From Candidatus Moraniibacteriota bacterium (GTDB lineage Bacteria; Patescibacteriota; Minisyncoccia; Moranbacterales; UBA2206), in the NCBI GenBank assembly GCA_030645735.1, contig JAUSNP010000005.1:72151-136150 (forward strand): a stretch of DNA of 64,000 nt, in the 5' to 3' direction. The translations under genes were made by a program, and so were the position numbers. How positions within the stretch are numbered: the stretch's first letter is position 1; every line of letters begins with the position of its first letter. The notes beneath the pieces were generated by a model, which was given only the letters and a program-made list of their open reading frames with translations, had not been told where the DNA came from and made no database searches. This document shows, piece by piece, positions 55,894 through 64,000 of this stretch.

Positions 55894-56571
55894 ATGAAAA
55901 AGTTGAGTGTTGTATCTATATTGGCAATGGCTTTGGCTTTGGTGGGAATGATTGCTTCTTCGGCACTTGCCGACGGAGCGGACATTCTTCCCTGGTCATA
56001 TCCGAATGGCCAGGAGGGACAGACTTTTGCCTTCGGTATTTCCCAGAAGATTTCCAATCCACAAATAAGAATCAATGTCGGAGGCGGGAATCGCAAGAGT
56101 GTCTCCGCCGTTACGCTTGATGAGGACAATTGGGCGGAGGTGTCAATCCTTAAAGAGGGTGCGTATAATATTCGCGTCACTGTAAAGGGTGAAGAGCAAC
56201 TCACTCAAAACCTTTCTCGGAGCGTGCATGTGCACATTGAATACCCAGTCAAAGTGGGTAAGGTGTATTTCCGAGATCATTATCGGATGCACCTCGCCAA
56301 TGGCAACATCGGCTACACCTTTATGGTTTATCCGCAGTTCGGCTACGAGATGCCGGATCGCATCGACGCCGAGGTTACTTTTGGCGATGTGATTAAGGAA
56401 GTCTCTTTCAGCTGCGGACAGAACTACATCCGCAACCAGGGGTATTGCGAGACTAACATCGTCGAGCTCACCCCGAGTGAATATGTAGAGGTGTTGGGTG
56501 AAACCTACACCTGTTTAAAAACTGATGAAACGGAAAGCTGTCAAAACATCCGTTTTGTCAATTTCCAATAA
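55894..56571 (+). CDS. Secreted hypothetical protein (orphan)
   Basis: Signal peptide MKK...SALA; promoter TTGACT-17-TAGTAT; SD AGGAG. Confidence 0.7.
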   Translation: MKKLSVVSILAMALALVGMIASSALADGADILPWSYPNGQEGQTFAFGISQKISNPQIRINVGGGNRKSVSAVTLDEDNWAEVSILKEGAYNIRVTVKGEEQLTQNLSRSVHVHIEYPVKVGKVYFRDHYRMHLANGNIGYTFMVYPQFGYEMPDRIDAEVTFGDVIKEVSFSCGQNYIRNQGYCETNIVELTPSEYVEVLGETYTCLKTDETESCQNIRFVNFQ

Positions 56572-56684
56572 GTGGCTAAGGAGGGAGCTATGAGCAACTA
56601 TGTTTCGAAGATTCATTCGAAACCTCTAGTTGCTTTTTTTATTTACACAAAAGGCTAAATATAATATGATTACTCTATGATCGC

Positions 56685-56763
56685 TGTCATTCCCGCGTAG
56701 GCGGGAATCTAGGGTAGAAACTTAATGATGCATGACTGGATTCCCGTTTCCACGGGAATGACA
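56685..56763. repeat. Paired dRS3-like element (ATTCCC-N8-GGGAAT twice)
   Basis: TGTCATTCCCGCGTAGGCGGGAATCT ... GGATTCCCGTTTCCACGGGAATGACA. Confidence 0.85.
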
Positions 56764-56772
56764 ATTATACAA

Positions 56773-57924
56773 ATGAAAAAAATGGCAAAAAAACCTAGAG
56801 TAATTGTGGGTATGTCCAGTGGAGTTGATTCTTCGGTGGCAGCGGCGCTTTTGAAAAAACAGGGCTTTGATGTCGTGGGGGTTTTTATGCATTTTTGGAA
56901 AGAACCGACACAAGATAGTTTAATTGAAAACAAATGTTGTTCCTTGGAATCCTTGGAAGATGCGCGCAAAGTGTGTCAGATTTTGGGTATTCCGCTCTAC
57001 ACAGCTAATGCTGAGAAAGAATTCAAGAAAGAAGTGGTGGACTATTTTTTGCAAGAATATGCCGAAGGGAGAACTCCCAATCCATGTGTGGCCTGCAATG
57101 AGCACATCAAGTTTCATGTGTTGATGAAGAAAATGTTGGAAATGGAAGGGGATTACATCGCTTCAGGGCATTATTCAATTAATGAAATGGGCAAGGATGG
57201 AAAATATCATCTGTTCCAGGGCAAGGATGAAGAAAAAGATCAGTCTTATTTTTTGTATAATTTCAATCAAAAGCAATTGGCGAAAATTTTGTTTCCAGTC
57301 GGGAAATATAAGAAGCTGGAGATTCGAAAAATTGCTGAGAAATTGAAGTTGCCAGTTTTCAACAAAGATGATTCACAAGGCTTATGTTTCACGCCGGAAA
57401 AATATCCAGAAAACTTTTTGCGCCGAAATTTGCAATTGAAAAAAGGCAAAATTCAAAACACCGCTGGCAAAGTGGTGGGTGAGCATGATGGTTTGCCACT
57501 CTACACCATTGGCCAAAGACGCGGCATCAATATCGGAGGCGACGGTCCATATTTTGTAGTGGGCAAAGATTTGACCAAAAACATTTTGATTGTGACTAAT
57601 GATGAAAAAGATCCAAATCTGGTTTGCTCGCAAATGCAGGTGGAAAAGGTCAATTGGATTGTTTCCGAACCGAAATTGCCTTTGAAAATATTGGTCAAAA
57701 CCCGATACCGGCATCAGGCGGTTTCTGCTATAATAGAAAGCGTAGAACGTGGAACGCAAAACGTAAAACGTAAAATGCAGGATGCTGGGCGATCCACGAT
57801 CAACGATCCACGATCAACGTATACAGTCGTGTTTGATGAACCGCAGCGGGCAATTTCACCAGGGCAGTCGGCAGTTTTTTATACTAAACAAGGCGAAATG
57901 ATTGGTGGTGGCAGAATAATCTAA
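56773..57924 (+). CDS. mnmA: tRNA-specific 2-thiouridylase
   Basis: GMSSGVDSSV, TPNPCV.CN, KDQSYFL, DSQGLCF, YTIGQRRG, PGQSAVFY; start 56773 or 56782. Confidence 0.97.
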   Translation: MKKMAKKPRVIVGMSSGVDSSVAAALLKKQGFDVVGVFMHFWKEPTQDSLIENKCCSLESLEDARKVCQILGIPLYTANAEKEFKKEVVDYFLQEYAEGRTPNPCVACNEHIKFHVLMKKMLEMEGDYIASGHYSINEMGKDGKYHLFQGKDEEKDQSYFLYNFNQKQLAKILFPVGKYKKLEIRKIAEKLKLPVFNKDDSQGLCFTPEKYPENFLRRNLQLKKGKIQNTAGKVVGEHDGLPLYTIGQRRGINIGGDGPYFVVGKDLTKNILIVTNDEKDPNLVCSQMQVEKVNWIVSEPKLPLKILVKTRYRHQAVSAIIESVERGTQNVKRKMQDAGRSTINDPRSTYTVVFDEPQRAISPGQSAVFYTKQGEMIGGGRII

Positions 57925-57939
57925 AAATAGAAAACACAA

Positions 57940-58566
57940 ATGGGAATATTATTTAATAGAAAATCAGCAGCAGGCTTTACTACAAATAAGAAATTTTTAG
58001 CAGCTAATGAATTACATAGGAAGGACATTAAAGAAATTAGTCGTAATGTTGGAATTCATAAGATAGCTGGCCAGCATGAGTTCAAGAAAATGCTAACAGA
58101 AAGTCGGCATGGTGGAGTGACGCGAGATGAGATTCATGATAATTTGCAAAAATTGATCGGAGAGGGTTATATCAAAACTACATCTCAGGCCAGAGGAATT
58201 GCCAGTGATTTGGGGTTGAAAGGACGAAGCTTGTTGAAATTTAAAAACCTACATAATTATTTACGCTCAGAAAGAGCGGTTGTGGGAAAGAGTGTTGAAA
58301 TGACAGGCGGAAATAATGAGGCACTCCATAAGGAAGTCGTCAGCAATAATAATCATCCAGCTATAAAAAGTAATTTGGGGCCAATAATTCCAGAAAAAAA
58401 GATTGTGCAACCTTCAGCACCAACAAATTTGCAATTCAAGTCATTTCAGAATCCTTCGGTTGGAATGACGGAGGGTTTTGAGGTTAGCAATGGCAGGCCA
58501 AAAAGTGTTTGGGATATTTTGAATAAATCTAGAGTGCATGAATCAGAGGATGAAACTAATAGTTAA
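57940..58566 (+). CDS. Hypothetical protein
   Basis: 208-aa ORF co-oriented between mnmA and alaS. Confidence 0.65.
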   Translation: MGILFNRKSAAGFTTNKKFLAANELHRKDIKEISRNVGIHKIAGQHEFKKMLTESRHGGVTRDEIHDNLQKLIGEGYIKTTSQARGIASDLGLKGRSLLKFKNLHNYLRSERAVVGKSVEMTGGNNEALHKEVVSNNNHPAIKSNLGPIIPEKKIVQPSAPTNLQFKSFQNPSVGMTEGFEVSNGRPKSVWDILNKSRVHESEDETNS

Positions 58567-58586
58567 TTTCCATAAATTTTTTTAAT

Positions 58587-58868
58587 ATGCAAGATTATAA
58601 TAATCAAGGCAATCAATCAGAACAAGACAAGCGTCGAAAATTGACTGACATTCAAAGAAATATTATTATGGCGGAAGCGGATTTGAAAAAAGTGACTAAT
58701 GAAAAAATGATGATTGAGTCTGCGATGTCACGCACAAAAAGAGAGATCGATCATCTGAAATTAGGCATGCAGGCAGAGGAACAGAAATTAAAGAAGATTG
58801 AGCAGGATATGATGATGAAACAAGTTGAAATTTCTAAATTGAAAAAGCAATTAAATTCGGTGCAATAA
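58587..58868 (+). CDS. Small coiled-coil protein
   Basis: Heptad-rich 93-aa ORF. Confidence 0.65.
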   Translation: MQDYNNQGNQSEQDKRRKLTDIQRNIIMAEADLKKVTNEKMMIESAMSRTKREIDHLKLGMQAEEQKLKKIEQDMMMKQVEISKLKKQLNSVQ

Positions 58869-58911
58869 TTAATTTTTTTAATACGCCCTAATTTAGTAGG
58901 GTAAAAAATAT

Positions 58912-59127
58912 ATGATATCAAATCTAAGAAAAATCGTCAGCGCTGTTGCTGAACAAAGAGGGCTTAAGGTAGAAAGCTATAAAATGGATGATTTAAAACT
59001 GGCAGAGATGCATTTGGATAAAAGTGGGGATGTTGATGCCGCCATGAATGAATTAAAGGGAATTTTAGATTATAAATGGAAAGAGAAAGCTTTTCCAGAA
59101 ATTGAAGAACAGCTAAAAAAGAAATAA
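58912..59127 (+). CDS. Small hypothetical protein
   Basis: 71-aa ORF ending 7 nt before alaS. Confidence 0.5.
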   Translation: MISNLRKIVSAVAEQRGLKVESYKMDDLKLAEMHLDKSGDVDAAMNELKGILDYKWKEKAFPEIEEQLKKK

Positions 59128-59134
59128 ATAATTT

Positions 59135-61039
59135 ATGACAGCGCAAGAATTACGTCAGAAGTATTTAGATTTTTTCAAGTCGAAGGGTCACACGATCATT
59201 CCTTCGGCGTCTTTGGTGCCCCGCGAAACTGACACCTCGACGCTTTTCACGACCGCTGGCATGCACCCGTTGGTGCCTTACCTGTTGGGCGAAGAGCATC
59301 CAGGGGGCAAAAAGGTTGCCAATGTCCAAAAATGCGTCCGTACGGGCGACATAGATGATGTTGGGGACAATCGACACCTCACTTTTTTTGAAATGATGGG
59401 GAATTGGAGTTTTGGCGACTATTTCAAAAAAGAAGCCATCGAGTGGAGCTTTGAGTTTTTGACGGGCAAGGAGTGGTTGGGATTGGATCCAAATAGATTG
59501 TACGTCACAACTTTCAAAGGAGAAAACGGAATTCCACGTGATGAAACCGCCGTGCAAGTTTGGTTGGAAACTTTTGCCAAAGCTGGCATGAATGTGGCTG
59601 TGGCTGGCGAAGATGAAATCGTTCGAGACAACGTGCGCATCATTCCATTGGGAACTGATGACAATTTTTGGATTGCTGGCGCGACTGGTCCATGCGGAGG
59701 CGACACGGAAATGTTTTATGATACTCGACCAGAAGAAGGAAAATTGGAAGGCAAGTTTGGTGATCTTGTGGATTCATTTCGTTTGATTGAAATTTGGAAC
59801 GATGTGTTTATGGAATTCAATAAGACTGAGGATGGGCAATATGAAAAACTAGCCAAACCAAATGTTGACACTGGTATGGGCGTGGAACGAACATTGGCAG
59901 TTTTGAATGGCAAAGAGAATGTTTTTGAAACGGAATTGTTTCAACCACTCTTCAGAAAAATCGAAGAACTATCAAAATTAGAATATGGCGACAAGTCTGA
60001 CGTGGAATATATAAAAGATGATAAACAATGCTGGGTTGATGTTAGAAAACAATTCAGAATCGTTGCTGATCATGTTAAGGCCAGCGTTTTCATGTTGGCT
60101 GATGGTGTGACACCACTCAACGTTGGACGCGGATACGTTTTGCGTCGCATTATTCGTCGTGCAGTGCGTTATGGAAAATTGCTTGGCATCGAAAAAAACT
60201 TTACCAAAGAAATTGCGGAAGTGGTGATTGAAATGCACAAAGATTTTTATACTGAACTCGAAGAAAATAAAAAAATTATTTTTGAAGAATTGGAAAAGGA
60301 AGAAAATAAATTTAAAAAAACATTAAATGACGGCCTTAAACAGGTTGATAAATTTATAAATTATATAGAGCAACAAAAGGCAAATAACGCTGAAGTTGAT
60401 TATATAAAAGCTGGGTGGCTTACATTTGATTTATATCAGACTTACGGATTTCCATTAGAATTAATTTTTGAAGAGTTGGATAGTAGAAACATAGATTGCA
60501 ATAAAAGTGCAATTGGTAAGGGTTTTGCAGATGAATTAATACGACATCAAGATCTTTCCCGCACCGCTTCAGCCGGCGCTTTCAAGGGCGGTTTGCAGGG
60601 CACGGGCGAAATGGAAACGAAATATCACACTGCCACTCATCTTTTGCTGGCGGCGTTGCGACAAATCATCGGAGCAGAAACCTATCAAAAAGGCAGCAAC
60701 ATCACGGCGGAACGCATGCGTTTCGATTTCAACTACCCAGAAAAAATGACGCCGGAACTCTTGAAGCAGGTGGAAGATTTGGTGAATGAAAAAATTCAAC
60801 AAAACTTGCCAGTGGAGCTGCAAGAAATGTCCAAAGACGAAGCATTGAAATTGGCCAAAGTTTCTTTCGATCCGGCTAAATATGGTGACATGGTGAAAGT
60901 CTATTCAATCGGTGATTTCAGCACTGAGCTTTGTGGTGGCCCACACGTGCAAAATCTTTCTGAGCTTGGCCACTTCAAAATCACCAAAGAAGAGGCATCT
61001 TCTTCCGGCGTGCGCAGAATTAAGGCAATACTTGAATAG
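59135..61039 (+). CDS. alaS: Alanyl-tRNA synthetase (no C-Ala domain)
   Basis: LFTTAGM, HLTFFEMMGNWSFGDYFK, DTGMGVER, HTATHLL, ELCGGPHV, GVRRIKA. Confidence 0.98.
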   Translation: MTAQELRQKYLDFFKSKGHTIIPSASLVPRETDTSTLFTTAGMHPLVPYLLGEEHPGGKKVANVQKCVRTGDIDDVGDNRHLTFFEMMGNWSFGDYFKKEAIEWSFEFLTGKEWLGLDPNRLYVTTFKGENGIPRDETAVQVWLETFAKAGMNVAVAGEDEIVRDNVRIIPLGTDDNFWIAGATGPCGGDTEMFYDTRPEEGKLEGKFGDLVDSFRLIEIWNDVFMEFNKTEDGQYEKLAKPNVDTGMGVERTLAVLNGKENVFETELFQPLFRKIEELSKLEYGDKSDVEYIKDDKQCWVDVRKQFRIVADHVKASVFMLADGVTPLNVGRGYVLRRIIRRAVRYGKLLGIEKNFTKEIAEVVIEMHKDFYTELEENKKIIFEELEKEENKFKKTLNDGLKQVDKFINYIEQQKANNAEVDYIKAGWLTFDLYQTYGFPLELIFEELDSRNIDCNKSAIGKGFADELIRHQDLSRTASAGAFKGGLQGTGEMETKYHTATHLLLAALRQIIGAETYQKGSNITAERMRFDFNYPEKMTPELLKQVEDLVNEKIQQNLPVELQEMSKDEALKLAKVSFDPAKYGDMVKVYSIGDFSTELCGGPHVQNLSELGHFKITKEEASSSGVRRIKAILE

Positions 61040-61119
61040 ATATTTTTGCAAATTTAAAACACCCTCAAACGAGTTTCTCGCTGAGGGTGTTTTTTGAAGA
61101 ATAGGTTTGAGATATTGGG

Positions 61120-61551
61120 TTATTTGCCTTGTAGACCCCAACGCATTCCGGTAATGATGGCTATCTCCTCCTGCTGTGAATTAAGGACAGCGCCGTTTAA
61201 GGCAAAGAACTCACTCATTGCGGGATTTTGTTCAAGTTCGACGGTAATGAAAATAGAAATACTAGTATGCTTACCCGTGCCTGATTTTATCTGGCCGATG
61301 CTCTCAATGATGAGTGGCACTGATTCGATTTCAGGCACCGCATTGAGAAGGAGTATGTTGGCTAAACGCAAGCAAAGGAGTTGGTATTGAACCTGTAAAC
61401 ATGGGCTGCTAGGGTCAAGTTCAACGCTTGCCGCAATTGTTCGGGGAAAAGCTGGGTTCGTGAAGATGATAACGATTGGGCTTTTTTGATCCTCAAAAAA
61501 AGTATTGTTGAGCGCTTGCATTATTTCGTGGAGTTGGTTGGAATTCATCAA
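61120..61551 (-). CDS. Hypothetical protein (orphan)
   Basis: Promoter TTGACA-16-TATAAT, boxA-like TTCTTTTACAA, SD GAGGTG. Confidence 0.6.
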   Translation of the reverse strand: MMNSNQLHEIMQALNNTFFEDQKSPIVIIFTNPAFPRTIAASVELDPSSPCLQVQYQLLCLRLANILLLNAVPEIESVPLIIESIGQIKSGTGKHTSISIFITVELEQNPAMSEFFALNGAVLNSQQEEIAIITGMRWGLQGK

Positions 61552-61706
61552 ATCACCTCAATTGTTTGGGTTAATTGAAATTGGTTGATTGTGGAATGGC
61601 TATTGTAAAAGAATAATAAATTATAGCAATTCGGCTGAATTTGTCAATAACCACCTTTTGTTTTATAATTAACTCAATAAACAAAAATAAAATTCTCTAT
61701 CTAGGA

Positions 61707-62975
61707 ATGTCAATTTTTTCTAAAATTTTAGGTTCACACAGGGGATCTTCGGATTTCATTCTGTCTCTTGATATTGGAACTGAAGTGGTTAAAGCTTTGG
61801 TTTTCAAGATTGATCCAGAGACTGGCAATGGCATTGTGACGGGCGTGGGACGAGCGCGACAAAGATTGGGTGACATGCAAAGTGGTGCAGTGTCTGACAT
61901 TGCGGGCGTGATTGAAAACTCCAAACGCGCGATTGCTTTGGCCAAGCAAATGGCTGGTGCCAAAAAAGTGGAAAAGGCTATCATTGGCATTGCGGGTGAA
62001 CTGGTGAAAGGCACCACGACCACTGTGCATTATGAAAGAATCAAACCAGAAATCAGAATTGATTTGCCGGAATTGAAAAACATCATTCAGAAAGTGCAAT
62101 GGAAAGCATTTGATCGCATTCGTCAACAATTGGCTTGGGAAACTGGTCACAGTGAAATTGAAGTGAAATTGATCAACGCAGCCATAGTGGACGTGCGCAT
62201 CGATGGCTATCGCGTGACCAACCCAGTTGGTTTTCAAGGACGCGATGTTTCCATTTCAGTTTTCAATGCCTATGCGCCGATGGTACATTTGGGTGCCTTG
62301 CAATCCATTGCCGAAGAATTGAAATTGGATTTGTTGAGCATTGCTGCTGAGCCATATGCGGTGGCGCGTTCCATGGGCATTGAAGATGTGTTGGATTTCA
62401 ATGCAGTTTTCATTGACATTGGTGGAGGCACCACTGACATTGCGGTGGTCCGAAATGGTGGATTGGAAGGCACCAAGATGTTTGCGCTGGGTGGCCGCGC
62501 TTTCACCAAACGATTGGCGCAAGAATTGGGCATCACTTTTGAAGAAGCTGAAATTTTGAAAATCAAATATGCTGAAGGACGACTCGGAAGGGATGTATCA
62601 ATCAAAATTGAAAAAATGTTGGAACAAGATTGCAGTGTGTGGTTGTCGGGCGTGGAATTGTCACTGGCTGAATTTGCTGAATCTGATACTTTGCCATCTA
62701 GGTTTTTCTTGTGTGGTGGTGGCTCAGGTTTGCCAGGAGTCAAGAAAGCTTTGATGAATACCAAATGGACGAAAAATTTGCCGTTTGCCAAGATGCCACA
62801 AGTCAGCTTCTTGCAACCAAAAGACGTAGTGAATATAGTTGACAGAACTGGCGAATTGCGCGACCCTCAAGACATCACCCCAATGGGCTTGGCCAATCTA
62901 GCACTTGATTTGGCCGGCGAAGAAAAAGTGATGGCGGGTATTTTGAGGAGGGCGGTCAAGATGATACAGAAATAG
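61707..62975 (+). CDS. FtsA-like actin-fold ATPase
   Basis: SLDIGTEVVK, AEPYA, IDIGGGTTDIA, GGRAFT, LCGGGS; start at ATG 61707. Confidence 0.85.
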   Translation: MSIFSKILGSHRGSSDFILSLDIGTEVVKALVFKIDPETGNGIVTGVGRARQRLGDMQSGAVSDIAGVIENSKRAIALAKQMAGAKKVEKAIIGIAGELVKGTTTTVHYERIKPEIRIDLPELKNIIQKVQWKAFDRIRQQLAWETGHSEIEVKLINAAIVDVRIDGYRVTNPVGFQGRDVSISVFNAYAPMVHLGALQSIAEELKLDLLSIAAEPYAVARSMGIEDVLDFNAVFIDIGGGTTDIAVVRNGGLEGTKMFALGGRAFTKRLAQELGITFEEAEILKIKYAEGRLGRDVSIKIEKMLEQDCSVWLSGVELSLAEFAESDTLPSRFFLCGGGSGLPGVKKALMNTKWTKNLPFAKMPQVSFLQPKDVVNIVDRTGELRDPQDITPMGLANLALDLAGEEKVMAGILRRAVKMIQK

Positions 62976-63079
62976 TCCGTAAAGTTAAAAGTCTATAAAG
63001 TCCATAAAGTATAACTATGACTTTAATAGACTGCAAATAATAAGACTTTATGAACTTTAAGGACTTTAGACTTTAAACT
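62974..63079. repeat. Inverted 7/9-bp-period array (TAAAGTC / GACTTTA)
   Basis: TAAAGTT AAAAGTC TATAAAGTC CATAAAGT ... GACTTTATG AACTTTAAG GACTTTA GACTTTA AACT. Confidence 0.75.
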
Positions 63080-63086
63080 AAAATTT

Positions 63087-64000
63087 ATGCATCAAACGTT
63101 TTACATTGATATAGACGAAGAAATCACTTCCATTGTGGATCGATTGAGAAAATCGAAATCACGGGAGGTGGTGATTGTCGTGCCAAAAAGAGCAATTCTC
63201 ATTCAGAGTATTGTGAATTTGAAATTGCTCAAAAAAGAAGCGGATGATTTGAAAAAAGAAATTATTATTGTGACACAAGATAAATTTGGCAAGATGATTA
63301 TTGAAAAAGCTGGCATTGTGGTGGAGCAACGTTTGGATGATGTAGAGGGCCAAGAAGTTCAAGAATTGGAAATTGATGACAAAAAAATTAAAATTGGATC
63401 TGACGCAGGCGCAGCAGAATCCGCAGACAATCAGCAAAGAAGAAAACGATTGGATAAGATTGGTTCCGATGGCTATTATCAAGCAGAAAATTTAGATGCT
63501 ATTTTGGGACGAGAAGCGGTGATTACGGAACAGGACAATGAGCCAGCCAGAAAAGGCAATGAAAGCGGTGAGCGAATTTTGAATAAAGAGTTGGTGATTG
63601 ATATGGGTGACGATTTGCGTCACCAGCAATCATCTTTCAAAAAAAATATAGCCAAACGAGGAACGTTTGCGCCAATGGATATGATTCGCAATGTAGAAAT
63701 GAGTGAAGATGGTCTGACCCAAGAGGATGAGGAAATAACAAAACCAACAGAAATATTAATCAAAAAATCTCGCCAATCATTCAGACAAGAGGAATTGTCT
63801 GAGTTTGAGGAGGAAGTTGAGGATGACGCGCCAAAAATGCAAAGAGCGGGCAGTTTTTTTGAGCATCAAAAATCAATCAATGCCAATGAGTATAAAAATA
63901 TAAATATTGGCGGCGGTACTTGGAAATATTTCGTGACTTTCGGTATTTTCGCAGCGGTTGTGATTTTTGGCGCAGTGGGCTATTTGTATTTGCCTAAAGC
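63087..64000 (+). CDS. Hypothetical membrane-anchored protein downstream of the FtsA-like gene, truncated by the window end
   Basis: MHQTFYIDIDEEITSIVDRL...VVPKRA.LIQSIVNLKLLK; appears open to the window end with a TM segment at the end. Confidence 0.75.
   Translation, partial: MHQTFYIDIDEEITSIVDRLRKSKSREVVIVVPKRAILIQSIVNLKLLKKEADDLKKEIIIVTQDKFGKMIIEKAGIVVEQRLDDVEGQEVQELEIDDKKIKIGSDAGAAESADNQQRRKRLDKIGSDGYYQAENLDAILGREAVITEQDNEPARKGNESGERILNKELVIDMGDDLRHQQSSFKKNIAKRGTFAPMDMIRNVEMSEDGLTQEDEEITKPTEILIKKSRQSFRQEELSEFEEEVEDDAPKMQRAGSFFEHQKSINANEYKNINIGGGTWKYFVTFGIFAAVVIFGAVGYLYLPK

Noticed and set aside
56725-56772. N-terminal extensions in the ORF track (mnmA, and likewise 33238, 41021, 45536, 61641)
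   Set aside because: They run through repeats, a tRNA, promoters or upstream genes; downstream starts fit family lengths better
1-64000. CRISPR array
   Set aside because: The periodic tracts have 7-12-bp degenerate units with no unique spacers, and no cas genes are present

Overview
A 64 kb, AT-rich bacterial chromosome segment of mostly housekeeping genes: folA-tmk-dut-gatB, miaA-miaB, thrS, dnaE, rnhB-rpmF-nusB-rnc-smc-rpsP-rplJ-rplL, dnaX, mraZ-rsmH-ftsL-ftsI-murF, ispA-like/uppS, trxA/trxB, mltG, mnmA, alaS and an ftsA-like gene, plus tRNA-Gln(UUG) and tRNA-Glu(CUC). The short hinge-less SMC, the short AlaS, core genes lacking SD sites and the gene content suggest a Patescibacteria (CPR, Parcubacteria-like) genome; this is inference. 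No CRISPR array, rRNA, transposase, integrase or reverse transcriptase was seen. The most interesting signals are non-coding or sub-genic. (1) About 13 orphan genes sit in self-contained cassettes sharing one layout: sigma70 promoter, boxA-like motif, strong SD, ORF, terminator. (2) Inverted 7-bp-period repeat arrays with a shared spacing pattern lie between genes and also in frame inside miaA, miaB and mnmA, and a four-helix-bundle gene carries a similar internal array. (3) A T-box riboswitch upstream of thrS has an ultrashort K-turn Stem I with an ACC specifier. (4) A 49-bp att-like duplication and a repeated 19-bp motif mark stacked transporter cassettes at tRNA-Gln. (5) A GIY-YIG gene lies between an interrupted tRNA-Glu 5' fragment and an intact tRNA-Glu. 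(6) Several REP/dRS3-like palindrome families are present, some translated within smc and rsmH. All calls were made by eye, without database searches.
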